NCBI GenBank assembly: GCA_030390025.1
Contig: CM059433.1
Span: forward strand, 5,208,001 to 5,272,000
Length of the DNA: 64,000 bases
Direction of reading: 5' to 3'
Origin: Squalus acanthias
Lineage: Eukaryota
This document shows positions 25,290 to 37,424 of the stretch, in pieces; within the stretch, counting starts at the first letter, position 1; the number at the start of each line of letters is the position of its first letter. A program made the position numbers and the translations under genes. A model generated the notes under the pieces. It was not told the DNA's origin. It did not search any database and worked only from the letters and a program-made list of their open reading frames with translations.

Positions 25290-25409
25290 TATATATGCTG
25301 TGTCTATATGCATCTCTTCACTTCACCTGACGAAGGAGCAGCGCTCCGAAAGCTTGTGATTTCAAATAAAGCTGCTGGACTATAACCTGGTGTTGTGCGA
25401 ATTCTCACA
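25290..25409 (+). mobile_element. 120-bp PLE terminal-repeat fragment (family H1) with 13-bp TSD
   Basis: TSD ACTGTACAAAGAA at 25277-25289 and 25410-25422; homologous to 53949-54065 and 62706-62897. Confidence 0.85.
25323..25359 (+). ncRNA. Minimal type I hammerhead ribozyme motif (family H1)
   Basis: UCAC-CUGACGA-A-GGAGC(AGC)GCUCC-GAAA-GC-UU-GUGA: intact core, 5-bp stem II, 4-bp stem I, palindromic AGCU in place of stem III. Confidence 0.85.
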
Positions 25410-26159
25410 ACTGTACAAAGAAGAGCAGGGGATTGTCCTGGCCGCCATTTATCCCAAAACCAACAGCACTGAAGCAGATTGGCTTAGAAATTGGATCGTG
25501 TCCCAGGTGCAAAGGAGAATCGGGTGGGGATTATAACGCTCAGCTGATTTGCTGTTCCCAGTTTTCCGTTTGGTTGTAAAAAGTCCAAATCTCCCCCAGT
25601 ATCTCCAAACGTCCCTCCCAGCAACTCGCCTGTAACTGAAGTCCAGCTCACGAGCCTTTTATTTGCTTGTCGTGACTTGTGGCCCTTTTTGAATATTGGC
25701 ACGAGGTGAGCCTCCCAGCAGTCCATGGGAACAATCCCTGACCCTAGTGAACTGTTCAATATGTAAACCAGGAGGCTCTCTGAGCCCAGCTCACATTTCT
25801 TTGAGCACCCCCTGGATAAATGCCATCAGGACCTGCAGCCCGATCTGTTTTGAGACCACTTATCCTTTCCATCTTGACACAAAACTTTATAGTCAACAGT
25901 ATATTTCGTTAATGGTAACTGAGCTGATAATGGAGTGAAGACTGATGCAAAGTTGCCATTTAAAACCTCTTACCTATCCTGAGTTTCCCTGAATCTGAAA
26001 CCGACTTCAAATAATTTGAATCAAATCCATAAGCAGTAATGATTTTAAGTCAGTACTGGGCACACAATATACACACAGGTGTACGAAACAATCTCAGATA
26101 GCTCCAGGATTGCAACACTCTTATAGTCAATCACTGTGTTTCAATATCTCAGCAAGCCA

Positions 26160-27055
26160 ATGACTGCACAGTGTTCAGCGCCATTCACAACTCCTCAGAA
26201 AATGAAGCAGTCCATGCCTGCATGCAGCAAGACCTGGACGATGTTCGGGCTTGGGCTGATAAGTGGCAGGTAACATTCGTGCCACACAAGTGCCAGGCAA
26301 TGACTATCTCCAACAAGCGAGAGTCTAACCACCGCCCCTTGAAATTCAATGGCATTACCATCGCCGAATCCCCCACCATCAACATCCTGGGGGTCACCAT
26401 TGACCAGAAACTTAACTGGACCAGCCACATAAATACTGTGGCAACAAGAGCAGGTTAGAGGCTAGGTATTCTGCAGCGAATGTCTCACCTCCTGACTCCC
26501 CAAAGCCTTTCCACCATCTACAAGGCACAAGTAAGGAGTGTGATGGAATACTCTCCACTTACCTGGATGAGTGCAGCTCCAACAACACTCAAGAAGCTCG
26601 ACATTATCCAGGACAAAGCAACCCGCTTGATTGGCACCCCATCCACCACCTTAAACATTCACTCCCTCCACCACCGGCGTACCATGGCTGCAGTGTGTAT
26701 CATCTACAAGATGCACTGCAGCAACTCGCCAAGGCTTATTCGGCAGCACCTCCCAAACCCGTGACCTCTTAGAAGGACAAGGGCAGCAGGCGCATGGGAA
26801 CACCACCACCTCCAAGTTCCCCTGCAAGTCACACACCATCCTGACTTGGAAGTATATCACCGATCCTTCATCGTCGCTGGGTCAAAATCCTGGAACTCCC
26901 TCCCTAACAGCACTGTGGGAGTACCTTGACCACACGGACTGCAGCGGTTCAAGAAGGCGGCTCACCACTACCTTCTCAAGGGCAACTAGGGATGGGCAAT
27001 AAATGCTGGCATTGCCAGCGACGCCCACATCCCATAAACGAATAATTTAAAAAAA
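26160..27055 (+). mobile_element. LINE family B 3' portion
   Basis: ORFs 26171..26458 and 26480..26764; family-B 3' end. Confidence 0.92.
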
Positions 27056-27114
27056 CTACAGCGTAACTACTTAGTACATCATGCTCTGATTCAAAGTGCA
27101 GGGCAGCAGTGAGA

Positions 27115-27600
27115 CTACAGCCTGTGACCAGTGTCGTGCCCAAGCATTGTCTACCAGGCAACCAAAGGTGTAGTTGAAGAGTCAGGCTCGCAGGAGGCTT
27201 CTGAAGTTGGAGAGATGTAGCAAGGTAAAGGGTTTAAGAAGAGGATCTCAGAGTGCAGGGGTTGTAATACCTGAAGCCTCGGCCGCCAGTGGTGGGAAGG
27301 AGGAAGGCAAATGGACACCAAGCAGGAGTCTGAAGAATGGAGGGTGTGAGCTGGGAGGTGGGGCTGGTGGAGGTTGCAGAGTTGGGTGGCGTGAGGCCAT
27401 GGAGGGATTTGGAAGTGAGAATAATTTTGAAATCAGTGCACTGGAGACTGGGACTCGGTGCAAGCCAGCGAGTGTAGGGGCGACTGTTAAACAGGACACA
27501 GCAAGGGATGAGATGTTGGTGGTGGAGCTTTGGGTGAATCAGCATTTGTATAGGGTGGAGTCCGGATGCCAATGAGAACATTCGTTAAGTCAAGTCCGAT
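27115..27600 (-). mobile_element. Old L2 LINE ORF2 3' fragment
   Basis: ...DFKIILTSKSLHGLTPP...GGRGF... resembles the L2 motif FKIL.L.FKSLHGLAP...GGRAFS. Confidence 0.6.
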
Positions 27601-27669
27601 GCTAAAGTCATGGCTGGTAGTTTCAGTGATAATAGAGGTTAGGCAAGGGCGGAATCAAATGTGAATTCT

Positions 27670-28040
27670 GAAGAAATGACAACACAGAAACAGGCTGTTC
27701 AGCCCAACCGTGTTGGTATTTATCCACCACATGAGCAGTAGTCCTAATCCCATGTGCCTGCCTTGTTCCCATACGCCTTTGTCCTCTTTCCTTCAACCAC
27801 CCATCTAACCTATTCTTAAAACATAGAAACATAGAAAAATAGGAGCAGGAGTAGGCCATTCGGCCCTTCGAGCCTGCTCCGCCATTCAATATGATCATGG
27901 CTGATCCTCTATCTCAATACCATATTCCCGCTCTCTCCCCATACCAAAAGTTGATATGATCTATGTTTCGATCACTAACTCCGGTAGTACATTCCACAGC
28001 CTCACAAGCCTCTGTGTAAAAAAGGTTTCTGCTTCTATCT
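27670..28040 (-). mobile_element. Nested CR1 3' termini
   Basis: (ACATAGAA)n tail and GGAGCAGGAGTAGGCCATTCGGCCC hairpin at 27820-27945, inside an older CR1 end. Confidence 0.7.
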
Positions 28041-28109
28041 CTCCTAAATATCTTGGGATAGAGTTTCCACTTTGGGCACAATGAGGAAATTGTCGAGATA
28101 ATGCGCTCA

Positions 28110-28190
28110 AATCTCTGGAGTGCAACTTGAGCCCACAACCATCTAACTCAGAGGCGCGAGTGCTAGCACTGAGCCAAGGCTGACACCTGA
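28110..28190 (-). mobile_element. Deu-domain SINE tRNA-like head fragment
   Basis: Minus GTGTCAGCCTTGGCTCAGTGCTAGCAC...GGTTGTGGGCTCAAGT matches the head of the 39830-40318 copy. Confidence 0.65.
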
Positions 28191-28654
28191 CAAAAATGCT
28201 TCACTTTTTCTCACACCTGTATTGTCACACGGGTTAACCACTTTGCTAAATTAGCAAACCCAAGAACTTAACTCAAAAACATTAAGAAATATGTTGCGAA
28301 TGTTTGCACACTAGAACTTCATCCTTTCTCAGATTAAGTTTGAAAGGCATTTTGCTACATTGAAATGCTTATTTTCCCTAAATGTTTACAAATATATCAG
28401 AATATTTAGATTAATTGCAGGAAACGAGATGCTGAAAGTGCTTTAAAAACCAAGGGGTTTGGGCTGAAGGCTTTATTTCAATATTCCTCTGAAGTGCTGA
28501 ATTTCCATTTTTTTTTTCTTTTTAGTGAACTCACAAATAATACACCTCTGGTGCCATATGTTAAGTGACATCTTAAACACGGTGCGATTATTTCATATGT
28601 TTGCTATTACCGGTAAAATTATTAATGCATCTTAAAAGAACAGATTTACATATG

Positions 28655-29120
28655 AATTAGGAGCAGGATTAGGCCACTCGGCCCCTCGAGCCTGCTCCGC
28701 CATTCAATAAGATCATGGCTGATCTGATTACTCCACATTCCCGCCTACCCCGGATAACCTTTCACCCCCTTGCTTACCAAGAATCTATCTACCTCTGCCT
28801 TAAAAATATTCAAAGACTCTGCTTCCACCGCCCTCTGAGGAAGAGAGTGCCAAAGACTCCCGACCCTCTGTGAGAAAAAATTTCTCCTCATCTCTGTCTT
28901 AAATGGGCGACCCCTTATTTTTAAACAGTGACCCCTAGTTCTAGATTCTCCCACAAGAGGATACATCCTCTCCACATCCACCCTGTCCAGACCCCTCAGG
29001 ATCTTATATGTTTCAATCAAGTCACCTCTTAGTCTTCTAAACTCCAGCGGATACAAGCCTAGCCTATCCAACCTTTCCTCATAAGACAACCCGCCCATTC
29101 CAGGTATTAGTCTAGTAAAT
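28655..29120 (-). mobile_element. CR1 LINE 3' fragment
   Basis: ORF 28745..29098 (SYEERLDRLGL...RRLRGDLIETYKIL); CR1 3' hairpin. Confidence 0.93.
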
Positions 29121-29416
29121 TTTCTTTAATTTCAGTCGGGTGATCGGAGGAAGTCTTTCACTATATATATAATACGTTACTAACACGTCGGGACAAAATG
29201 ATATGGTCTCCCTGCTGGTGTTGCTAAGCACTTTAATGGTGAACAAAAACGCCTTCCCGTACTAGCAAAGGATGCCCTCTGACTTTCACCTCTCCGTTGC
29301 AAGAAATTAAAATAGGAAGTTCCTTACAACAATGTAAAAACTACAGACGTTCCACAGAAATATGAACACACCACAAAGACACCAAAATAATGTTACACCA
29401 GTCAACTTTTATTATC

Positions 29417-29662
29417 AATAAAAACAGAGAATGCTGGAAACACTCAGCAGGTCAGGCAGCATCGTGGAGAGAGAAACAGAGTTAACGTTTCAGGTCGATG
29501 ACCCTTCGTCAGAACGGTATACTAGCAAAGGATGAAGGGTCATCGACCTGAAACGTTAACTCTGTTTCTCTCTCCACAGACGCTGCCTGACCTGCTGAGT
29601 ATCTCCAGCACTTTCTGTTTTTATTTCAGATTTCCAGCATCCGCAGTGTTTTGCTTTTGCAT
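29417..29662. mobile_element. Palindromic PLE terminal-repeat insertion (family H2) with 11-bp TSD
   Basis: Inverted arms of about 90 bp; TSD CTTTTATTATC at 29406-29416 and 29663-29673; arm homologous to the region 3' of the GIY-YIG ORF (50444-50540). Confidence 0.85.
29481..29515 (-). ncRNA. Minimal type I hammerhead ribozyme motif (family H2)
   Basis: Minus strand GUU-CUGACGA-A-GGGUC(AUC)GACCU-GAAA-CG-UU-AAC; palindromic ACGU in place of stem III. Confidence 0.8.
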
Positions 29663-29740
29663 CTTTTATTATCGCCTGCGTGAGCATAGGGCATTTTCAA
29701 AACAACGTGAAAATGCCTTGGTATGAGTCATTCGCTAGAG

Positions 29741-29918
29741 CAGAGGTTCCCAACCTGTGGTCCGCGAGGGTACTGCAGGTGGTCGTGAAAAAAAAAATTA
29801 TGATAATGTAATAGGCAGCCATAGGCTATGCTAAAAATGTTTAAAATGGCTAGTGGTCCGCAAAAGCTTTTAATGACGATGTAGTGGTCCACATAAAGGA
29901 AGAGGTTGGGAACCGCTG
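29741..29918. mobile_element. hAT (Charlie-like) MITE
   Basis: TIRs CAGAGGTTCCCAACC / GGTTGGGAACCGCTG; perfect 8-bp TSD CGCTAGAG. Confidence 0.9.
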
Positions 29919-30349
29919 CGCTAGAGGATTATTTTGATTAATTCATGCCTGTCAGTAGCCGAAACACACGATACCCCATCAATGGTGTTCACTGAGCTCC
30001 TGCTACATCTAATGCGTTGGGTAACGGGGAATATTACTTGTCCAATTTGGGCAGGAGAGATAAACGATATTTTTAGGCACATAATAAGTATGCGTCAGTA
30101 CGAGCGAAGTCTTTATGGAAAATACCAAGGCAGTGATCTTTGACAAGATAATTTCTGTTATTAAGACAACAAGGCAAGCATTTGGATCTGGCTAGAAATA
30201 GCGAGGGGAAAATAATTGTTCTACATGTCTAAATTATGTTTTCCATCACCCCACACTTCTGAATTATTTCACAGGTATATTAAATGGCGATTATAACTCC
30301 TCAGTCAAAAAAATCCTGACTTGAAAATAGTATGGCGATATAAAGAACT

Positions 30350-31257
30350 GGGCTAGAAATTCATTATAGCCAAGGAATGGGCGGTGTCAGTAGAAAAGTT
30401 GGAGAATTCGCGACAGGCGCAAATGCTTTAGACTGCACGCAAAATTCATCCTCACTGCTCAATAAAATGATTGGAGTCCTAATTCAAGTCTTAAAAACCA
30501 AGCTCATTGGCGTTACACTCAAAGGGTGGACCAATATTGGGTGCAGTCTAATCGCAACTCATCATTGCCAGAGGCTTTCTTCACTACTTAAAGGAGAGGT
30601 TCATTAATGCTGCAGCACCTCATTCTCAGCATTGCTGGCTGTGCAGCTGCCTCAGCAAGCAGAAGCAGAACAAGGAGAAGGAGCCGGAGGACTGAACCAG
30701 GTGTGCTCATGGTAAGTCCACGCCCTAGGGAGAGAACTCGCAGATTCTCCGATGAAGCATTGGACGCATTGGTTTTCACTGTGGAGAGACGGAGGCCGGT
30801 GCGCTACCCAGCAACTTTTTGTTGCCAGAAGACTCCTGATATAAAAAAACCTTGAAATTACTGAATGAAACTGTTGCAGTGGGTGAAACTAACAAAAAAC
30901 CACTGAAACTGCACTAACCTGACAGGTGCGAGTGATTACTGATGATCCCTTTAAATAACATCCCTGGAGCCAGCTTCCTGGTGCCGCACACCAGCTCTCC
31001 CTGTCGGTGTTTACTCCAGGCGGTGAGGCAAGTGGCGAAGATCAATTTTGAAAATCGGGCGGTCAGTGAGCGTTGCACACTCACTGACGTCACGATCTAC
31101 CTGGCGTTGACGTTCCTGCCGCTACGGGGGGGGGGGGGGGCTGATTTGGTGTGCGGCGCTGGATTCGCCTCGCCCCGGCGATACTGGTATAGCGCCCCAT
31201 TAGTGCCATCTACTGGCGCTTGCGGGAGGGGCAAAGGGGATGAATATCCCCCCCCCC
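30350..31257. mobile_element. Harbinger-derived element with the N-terminus of a Myb/SANT-like ORF (+, ~30709-30810)
   Basis: MVSPRPRERTRRFSDEALDALVFTVERRRPVRYP resembles Harbinger Myb/SANT N-termini; TIR-like ends GGGCTAGAAATTC / GAATATCCCCCC. Confidence 0.6.
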
Positions 31258-31264
31258 TAGAATC

Positions 31265-31610
31265 ATGCAGCACAGAAAGAGGCCAATTATCTTAAATCTG
31301 TGTCCTCTGCTTACTGACCCTCTCGCCAGTGGAAACAGTTTCTCCCGATTTACTCTGTCAAAACCCCTCATGCTTTTGAATGCCTCAATTAAATCTCCCC
31401 TTTACCTTCTCTCTCTAAGCAGAACAATCCCAGCTTCTCTAGTTGCTGAAGTCCCTCATCCCTGGTACCATTCTGGTAAATCTCCTCTGCACCCTCTCCA
31501 AGGCCTCGCTATCCTTCCTAAAGTGTGTTGCCCAGAATTGACACAATACTCCAGCTATGGTCTAACCAGTGATTTTTAAAGGTTTAGTGTAACTTCCTTG
31601 CTTTTGTACT
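31265..31610 (-). mobile_element. Old CR1 fragment
   Basis: Degenerate similarity to the CR1 ORF2 3' region. Confidence 0.65.
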
Positions 31611-32389
31611 GGGGGTTAAATTGGACCGTAAAGCGCCTGTTTTTTAGGTGCTGCGTGGCCACCTAATGCTCGAAAATGGGCCACAACCAGAGGTGGGAAC
31701 TGATCTTCTTCAGCTTCTTCTGCTGTCGTATTTTTTATTTGCTTGCCACAGAATTGTCAGAACTCCACAGTGAAAATATCGGTAGGAGTTTATGTTGCAC
31801 AATTTCTTCCTTACTTTTAATTACAGTGGAGGATTTTCTGTAGTGCAAACAGCCGAATACTGCAGGCACCCCTGTCCTGAGAGGGTGAGACTTCTTTTGT
31901 CTCCCCACGGCATCCTCCATGCAGCATCTGCGGCTGACCGATGAGCTGCTGCCTGGTTTCTGTCGATGCTCCGCTGATTTGGCGATCTGTACTCGACATC
32001 TGGGGGGGTGTCACTTCCTGATTTTCCTCCTTCTGAGGGAAGTGTCCATTGCACTATTGGTGCCTTTGATGAGTGACGCGATTGAGATCAGAGGCAGTGT
32101 GAGGTATTGCAGTGTGTCATGATTTTGTGACTTCGGCAAACTGTTTCCCTGCTCGGGCCAACGTTACAATGGCCGTCGGGTCCCGATGGCGCCTGCAAAT
32201 TAAATTAACAATCGGTGGGATTGGGATAGGAGGCCAGCAGGTAAGTATCCCGCTTCATTTCATCCGCGCCCCTGCCAGGCGGGTGGGAGGGGGTTAAAAT
32301 TCCTCCCCCCAACCACCCATGGTGTCCGACTTTTAGTCAGTTCCTGAAACTGGAACAAAAACCAAAGAAAACAATCCTGATGCTTCTCT

Positions 32390-32895
32390 CATAAGAACAT
32401 AAGAAATAGGAGCAGGAGTCGGCCATTCGACCCCTCGAGCCTGCTCCGCCATTCGATAAGATCATGGCTGATCTGGTCTTGGCCTCAACTCCACTTCCCT
32501 GCCCGCTCCCCATAACCCTCGACTCCCTTATCGTTCAAAAATCTGTCCATCTCCATCTTAAATATATTCAACGACCCTGCCTCCACAGCTCTCTGGTTAC
32601 TTGCTGTACCTGCATGCTAACTTTTTGTGTTTCATGTACAAGGACCCCCAGATCCCTCTGTACCGTAGCATTTTGTAGTCTACCTCCATTTAAATAATAA
32701 TTCGCTTTTTTATTTTTCCTACCAAAGTGGATAACCTCACATTTTCCCACATTATACTCCATCTGCCAGATTTTTGCCCACTCACTTAACCTATTTATAT
32801 CCCTTTGCAGATTCTTTGTGTCCTCCTCACAACTTGCTAACCCACCTATCTTTGTATCTTCAGCAAATTTGGCTACAGTACACTCGGTCCCTTCC
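32390..32895 (-). mobile_element. CR1 LINE fragment with an internal deletion
   Basis: 3' UTR and tail joined near 32593 to the RT region (ORF 32568..32897 KFAEDTKIGG...WQMEYNVGKC). Confidence 0.9.
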
Positions 32896-33207
32896 ATGGA
32901 TACTGCCGTATCCTTCTATTCTACTGATCCTTCCAGCTGCCAGCAGGAGACTCCAAGGGAATCACCCTGTGTGCAGCTTATTGCCGCATCACACACGTAT
33001 ACATCCCAACCGAGAAAGGTAGCAAAAGCTGACTAACAACTTCACAAAGCTGACAGATCGACGACAGCCCTCAATATAGGGCTTATGACATGTTAGGATG
33101 AGGAGTTGCTCTGACAGTGCACTGGGCACATGGACAAGTCATAGCTTAAGTTGTGGGTATACTGGTTGCTCCATGGTAACAAAGGGACCTCAAACATATA
33201 ACACATT

Positions 33208-33949
33208 GGCCCAAAAATTAGTGCCGCTACGCGAGAGTACGCACTGTGTACTCTCGCGTATTCTGTCTCCAATTGCCGGTTTTCTGCATGCACTGCGCAT
33301 GCGCTGAAAACTGGCACTTGGTGAATTCAAAAGGGGGCGGTTCCTAAGTGAACCGCGTGCGCGCTATAGGCTGCGCGCACGCAGTGCACTTAGTGCTTTG
33401 GACGCGCAGGTAAGCATGGAAGATTTTAGACATAAAGAAAGGAGGTGTAAGACCCTCTTTTAACAAGGTAAGTACTTAATTAAGTATTATTTTGAATTTT
33501 TTTTAACAGGTATATCTTTTTTAGAGACTTTAAAGACAGGTAAGTTTATTTTTATAACTTTTTAAAAGATTTTAAATTTTTCAAAAATTAAATTATTTTT
33601 TAAAATGGTTAATTTATTTAACTATACTTATTTTATTAATGTGATGGTTTTTAAAAAAAATTTAATTGAGGTTTAGCTGTTCTTTTGGGGGGGTATAGTA
33701 TTCATAGCTTTCACAGCCGTGCTGTGAAAGCTATGAATGAAAGATGGTGTGCTGCCATTGGCTCTAACTGAGTCACGTGATCCCACAGCTCGCACGAATT
33801 AACTACGCCTGTGGGATACGAAAGCCCTGCACAGCTGCTGTCCAGAACATCAAGTTCGTGCGAGCTCGGACTGAAAAAGCCAGCGCGCAGTGAGAGATCG
33901 CGGGAAGGCCTTACCCTCGCACGAAGGCTCACTCACTAATTTTTGGGCC
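33208..33949. mobile_element. MITE family M2, copy 2 (reverse orientation)
   Basis: TIRs GGCCCAAAAATTAGTG / CACTAATTTTTGGGCC; internal homology to 8421-9181. Confidence 0.85.
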
Positions 33950-34409
33950 AATGAAAGCAGCCAGGTTACAGAACATAACTGAGCACTGTGACTCACACAC
34001 CGCCCACAGTCCGCATCACACATCACAGCAGCATACCAGCCAAATCCTAAATATGGGAACCTCAGTGCAATTTGTTTAAATTAATCACCGCGTCCATCCC
34101 ACTCTTATTTCCAAACCCTGGCACTCCCATCATCGCAGTGGCAAGAATGCTCAGTAAAACCAGTTAACGCGTGCGTTCATACCAGGGAAAATTCTCTTCT
34201 CTCAGAAAAGTGGCTGCAATTAGGCTACAAGAAAACACATTTTTATATCCGATAGCGGCTGGGCACGGCCCAGAAAATTCCCTTGGTGAAAATTGAAAGT
34301 TTTGAAAAGCTGCACTTTAGCTGCTTTTTTTTCTTATAAACAATTTCTTTGGGCCTCAACACTGAAGAGAAACCCATGTTAATTGTGACTCACAGAACCC
34401 ATCAACTTA

Positions 34410-34570
34410 AGAAAATAAGAAATAGGAGCAGGAGTGGGCCATTCGGGCCCCTCGAGCCTGCTCCGCCATTCAATAAGATCATGACTGATCTACGACCTCA
34501 ACTCCACCTTCCCGCACTATCCCCATATCCCTTGATTCCCTTAATATTCAAAAATCTATCGATCTCTGTC
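34410..34570 (-). mobile_element. CR1 3' terminus
   Basis: CR1 hairpin and tail sequence. Confidence 0.85.
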
Positions 34571-34574
34571 ATTG

Positions 34575-36070
34575 AGTCATAACGGCACAGAAGGAGGCCT
34601 TCGGCCCATCGAGTCCGTGCCGGCTCTCTGTAGAGTAATCCAGTCAGTCTCATTGCCCCGCTCTATCCCCGTAGCCCTGCAAGTTTATTTCCCTCAAGTG
34701 TCTATCCAGTCTCCCCTTGAAAACATTGAGTGTCTCCGCTTCCACCACTTCCGTCGGCAGCGAGTTCCAGGTCCTCACCACTCGCTGTGTAAAAAAGTTT
34801 TTCCTCACATTCCCCCCTGTATCTCTTGCCCAAAACCTTAAATCTGTGTCCCCTAGTCCTTGTACCATCAACTAGTGGGAACAGCCTTTCCCCGTCTAAC
34901 CTATCCAAACCTGTCATAATCTTGTACACCTCTATCAAATCACCCCTCAACCTCCTTTGCTCTAATGAAAACAAATCCAGCTTCTCCAACTTGTCCTTGT
35001 AGCCAAGATCCCCCATCCCCGGAACCATTCTGGTAAATCTCCTCTGCACCCTCTCAAGGGCTTTCACATCCTTCCTAAAGTGTGGTGACCAGAACTGGAC
35101 GCAATACTCCAGTTGTGTCCTAACCAGCGCTTTATAAAGGTTCAGCTTAACTTCTCTACTTTTGTACTCAATACCTCTATTTATGAAGCCCAAGATCCCA
35201 TATGCTTTGTTAACCACTCTCTCAATATGTCCCGCCACCTTCAGGGACCTATGCACATTAACTCCCAGGTCCCTCTGCCCCTGCACACTCTTTAAAACTG
35301 TGGCATTAAGTGTATATTACCTCTCCCTGTTCCTTCTACCAAAATGCATCATCTCACACGTCTCTGTATTAAATTCCATCTGCCACTTGTCTGCCCATTC
35401 TGCTAGCCTTTCTATGTCCTGTTGCAGTCGATTGGTATCATCCTCACTGTTTGCCACACCCCCAAGTTTGGTGTCATCGTCAAATTTAGAAATCTACTCT
35501 ATATTCCAATATCCATGTCATTTATATATATCAAAAAAAGCAGTGGGCTCAGCACTGACCCTTGGGGAACACCACTGTCTACCATCCTCCAGTCTGAAAA
35601 ACAGCCATTTATCACAACTCGCTGTTTTCTGTCCTTAAGCCAATTCCTTATCCAAGATGGCACTGACCCACCTATTCCATGAGCCTCAATTTTGTTAACC
35701 AGCCTTCTATGTGGTACTTTGTCAAACGCCTTCCGAAAATCCATGTAGACAACATCCATTACATTCCCTTCATCAATCCTCTCTGTTACTTCATCAAACA
35801 CGATCTGCCTTTTACAAATCCATGTTGGCTCTCCTTAATTAGCTTAAACCGCTCCAACTGCCTGTTAATTTTTTCCTCGATTATTGTTTCTAAAACTTTA
35901 CCCACCACTGATGTTAAACTGACTGGCCTGTAGTTACTAGGATTGTCCTTACATCCTTTCTTGAACAATGGTGTCACTTTCCAATCCTCAGGCACCTTCC
36001 CCGCATCTAGGGAAGATTGGAAAATTATGGCAAGCCCTTCCGCTATCTCCTCCCCCAATTCCCTTAGCAA
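34575..36070 (-). mobile_element. CR1 LINE, RT to 3' end, fragmented
   Basis: ORFs 35786..36070 (NYRPVSLTSVVGK), 35499..35801 ([11 protein letters not shown]...GVPQGSVL), 34702..35286. Confidence 0.95.
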
Positions 36071-36071
36071 C

Positions 36072-36290
36072 CATCTTGAATATACTCAACGACTGAGCCT
36101 CCACAGCCCTCTGGGGTAGAGAATTCCAAAGATTCACCACCCTCTGAGTGAAGAAATGTCTCCTCATCTCAGTCCTAAATGGCCGACCCCTTATACTGAG
36201 ACTGTGACCCCTGGTTCTAGACTCCCCAGCCAGGGGAAACATCCTCCCTGCAACTACCCTGTCAAGCCCTGTAAGAATTTTGTATGTTTA
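36072..36290 (-). mobile_element. Separate CR1 3' fragment abutting the previous element
   Basis: MFPLAGESRTRGHSL...FFTQRVVNLWNSLP. Confidence 0.85.
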
Positions 36291-36917
36291 TCTTAAAACG
36301 TTTCTGAATCAAGTTTGTGTGCAAACAGCCGTGGAAGAAAAGAGTGGTTCTAACAGCTCCTCGCTTCTGCCGTTCAACTGCTCTGCTTGGTTCCGACAGG
36401 ATCCAGGGCTGCCTTCTGACAGATTTGATTGGTTCATATTGACAGCCTCCACTTCCAGGTACAAAAGCTGATTTTTCACGCAACGGTGATAAGACCCAAG
36501 TTGAAAAGCTGACTTATCGGCTTATAAAGTCGATGGTTGGTGTGTGAGGGAGTGGAATTAGTGATATCATGTAAGGGGGGAGTTTTACACAAAATGTCTG
36601 GTTCCAGCCTGCCCCAAAACCAGCAGTTCTGAAACAGGATAGTAAGGGTGACTGAGTGTGGACTGGTATCTCTTTTCACAACATGTAGAACTGTATGATA
36701 CATGGGTACAATACACGTCAAATTCAACAAGAGATAACTTGAATGAATGCACCATGTGCAAGATTGAGACAGAAACATATCTTTTTCTCTGTGCTGACTA
36801 TATTTTGTGCTACTAGAAACAGCACACAAGGGTTAACACCCAAGGTCACATAAAGCATCGTGCCAGCTGAAAGCCGTCAGCTCAGAGCAGACGAGTTGTC
36901 TGGGAAAGGACGCCACA

Positions 36918-37095
36918 AACAACAACAACAACTTGTATTTATATAGCGCCTTTAACCCAGTAAAACGTCCCAAGGTGCTGCACAGGAGTATTATAAGACA
37001 ACAAATTTGACACCGATCCACATAAGGATAAATGGTCAAAGAGGTAGGTTTTAAGGAGCGTCTTAAAGGAGGAAAGAGAGGTAGAGAGGCGGACA
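36918..37095 (-). mobile_element. L2 LINE 3' terminus with (TTG)n tail
   Basis: Minus LSTSLSSFKTLLKTYLFD (L2-type C-terminus), then AAAGGCGCTATATAAATACAAGTTGTTG. Confidence 0.75.
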
Positions 37096-37424
37096 GGTTC
37101 AGTCACGATCAAGTTGTGATGAGACAATACAGACCATGCAGTACAATGAAACTGTCTCCTTTTCAGAAGATCTGAAACACAGCTGCTAAAGCGTTCCCTG
37201 GAAGCTGCGCTTTGTTCTGCGCGGCCTGTTTCTTTCACTGCGCAGTCCCTTTAAATTTCTGCGCATGTGCGGTGTTTACAATGGAAAAGCCGGTGAGCGG
37301 CCTGCGCGGGACCTTTCCCATTTCGAGGGATCATTGATGTCAGGTATATCAATGTTGGTCTTTGGTTGGGCATACTTTATTGGAGGCTGCAAAGACTGGG
37401 AGAGATGTTGTTGAGAACTGCTAA

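Larger units (their letters stand above)
25140..25480 (+). mobile_element. Degenerate Deu-domain SINE split by a PLE insertion
   Basis: GTGCAGTACTGAGGGAGTGCTGCA...AAAGATCCCATGACACT, resuming after the insert as AAGAAGAGCAGGGG. Confidence 0.75.

Noticed and set aside
29531..29560. Second active hammerhead on the plus arm
   Set aside because: The CU of the CUGANGA core and the 5' strand of stem I are missing.
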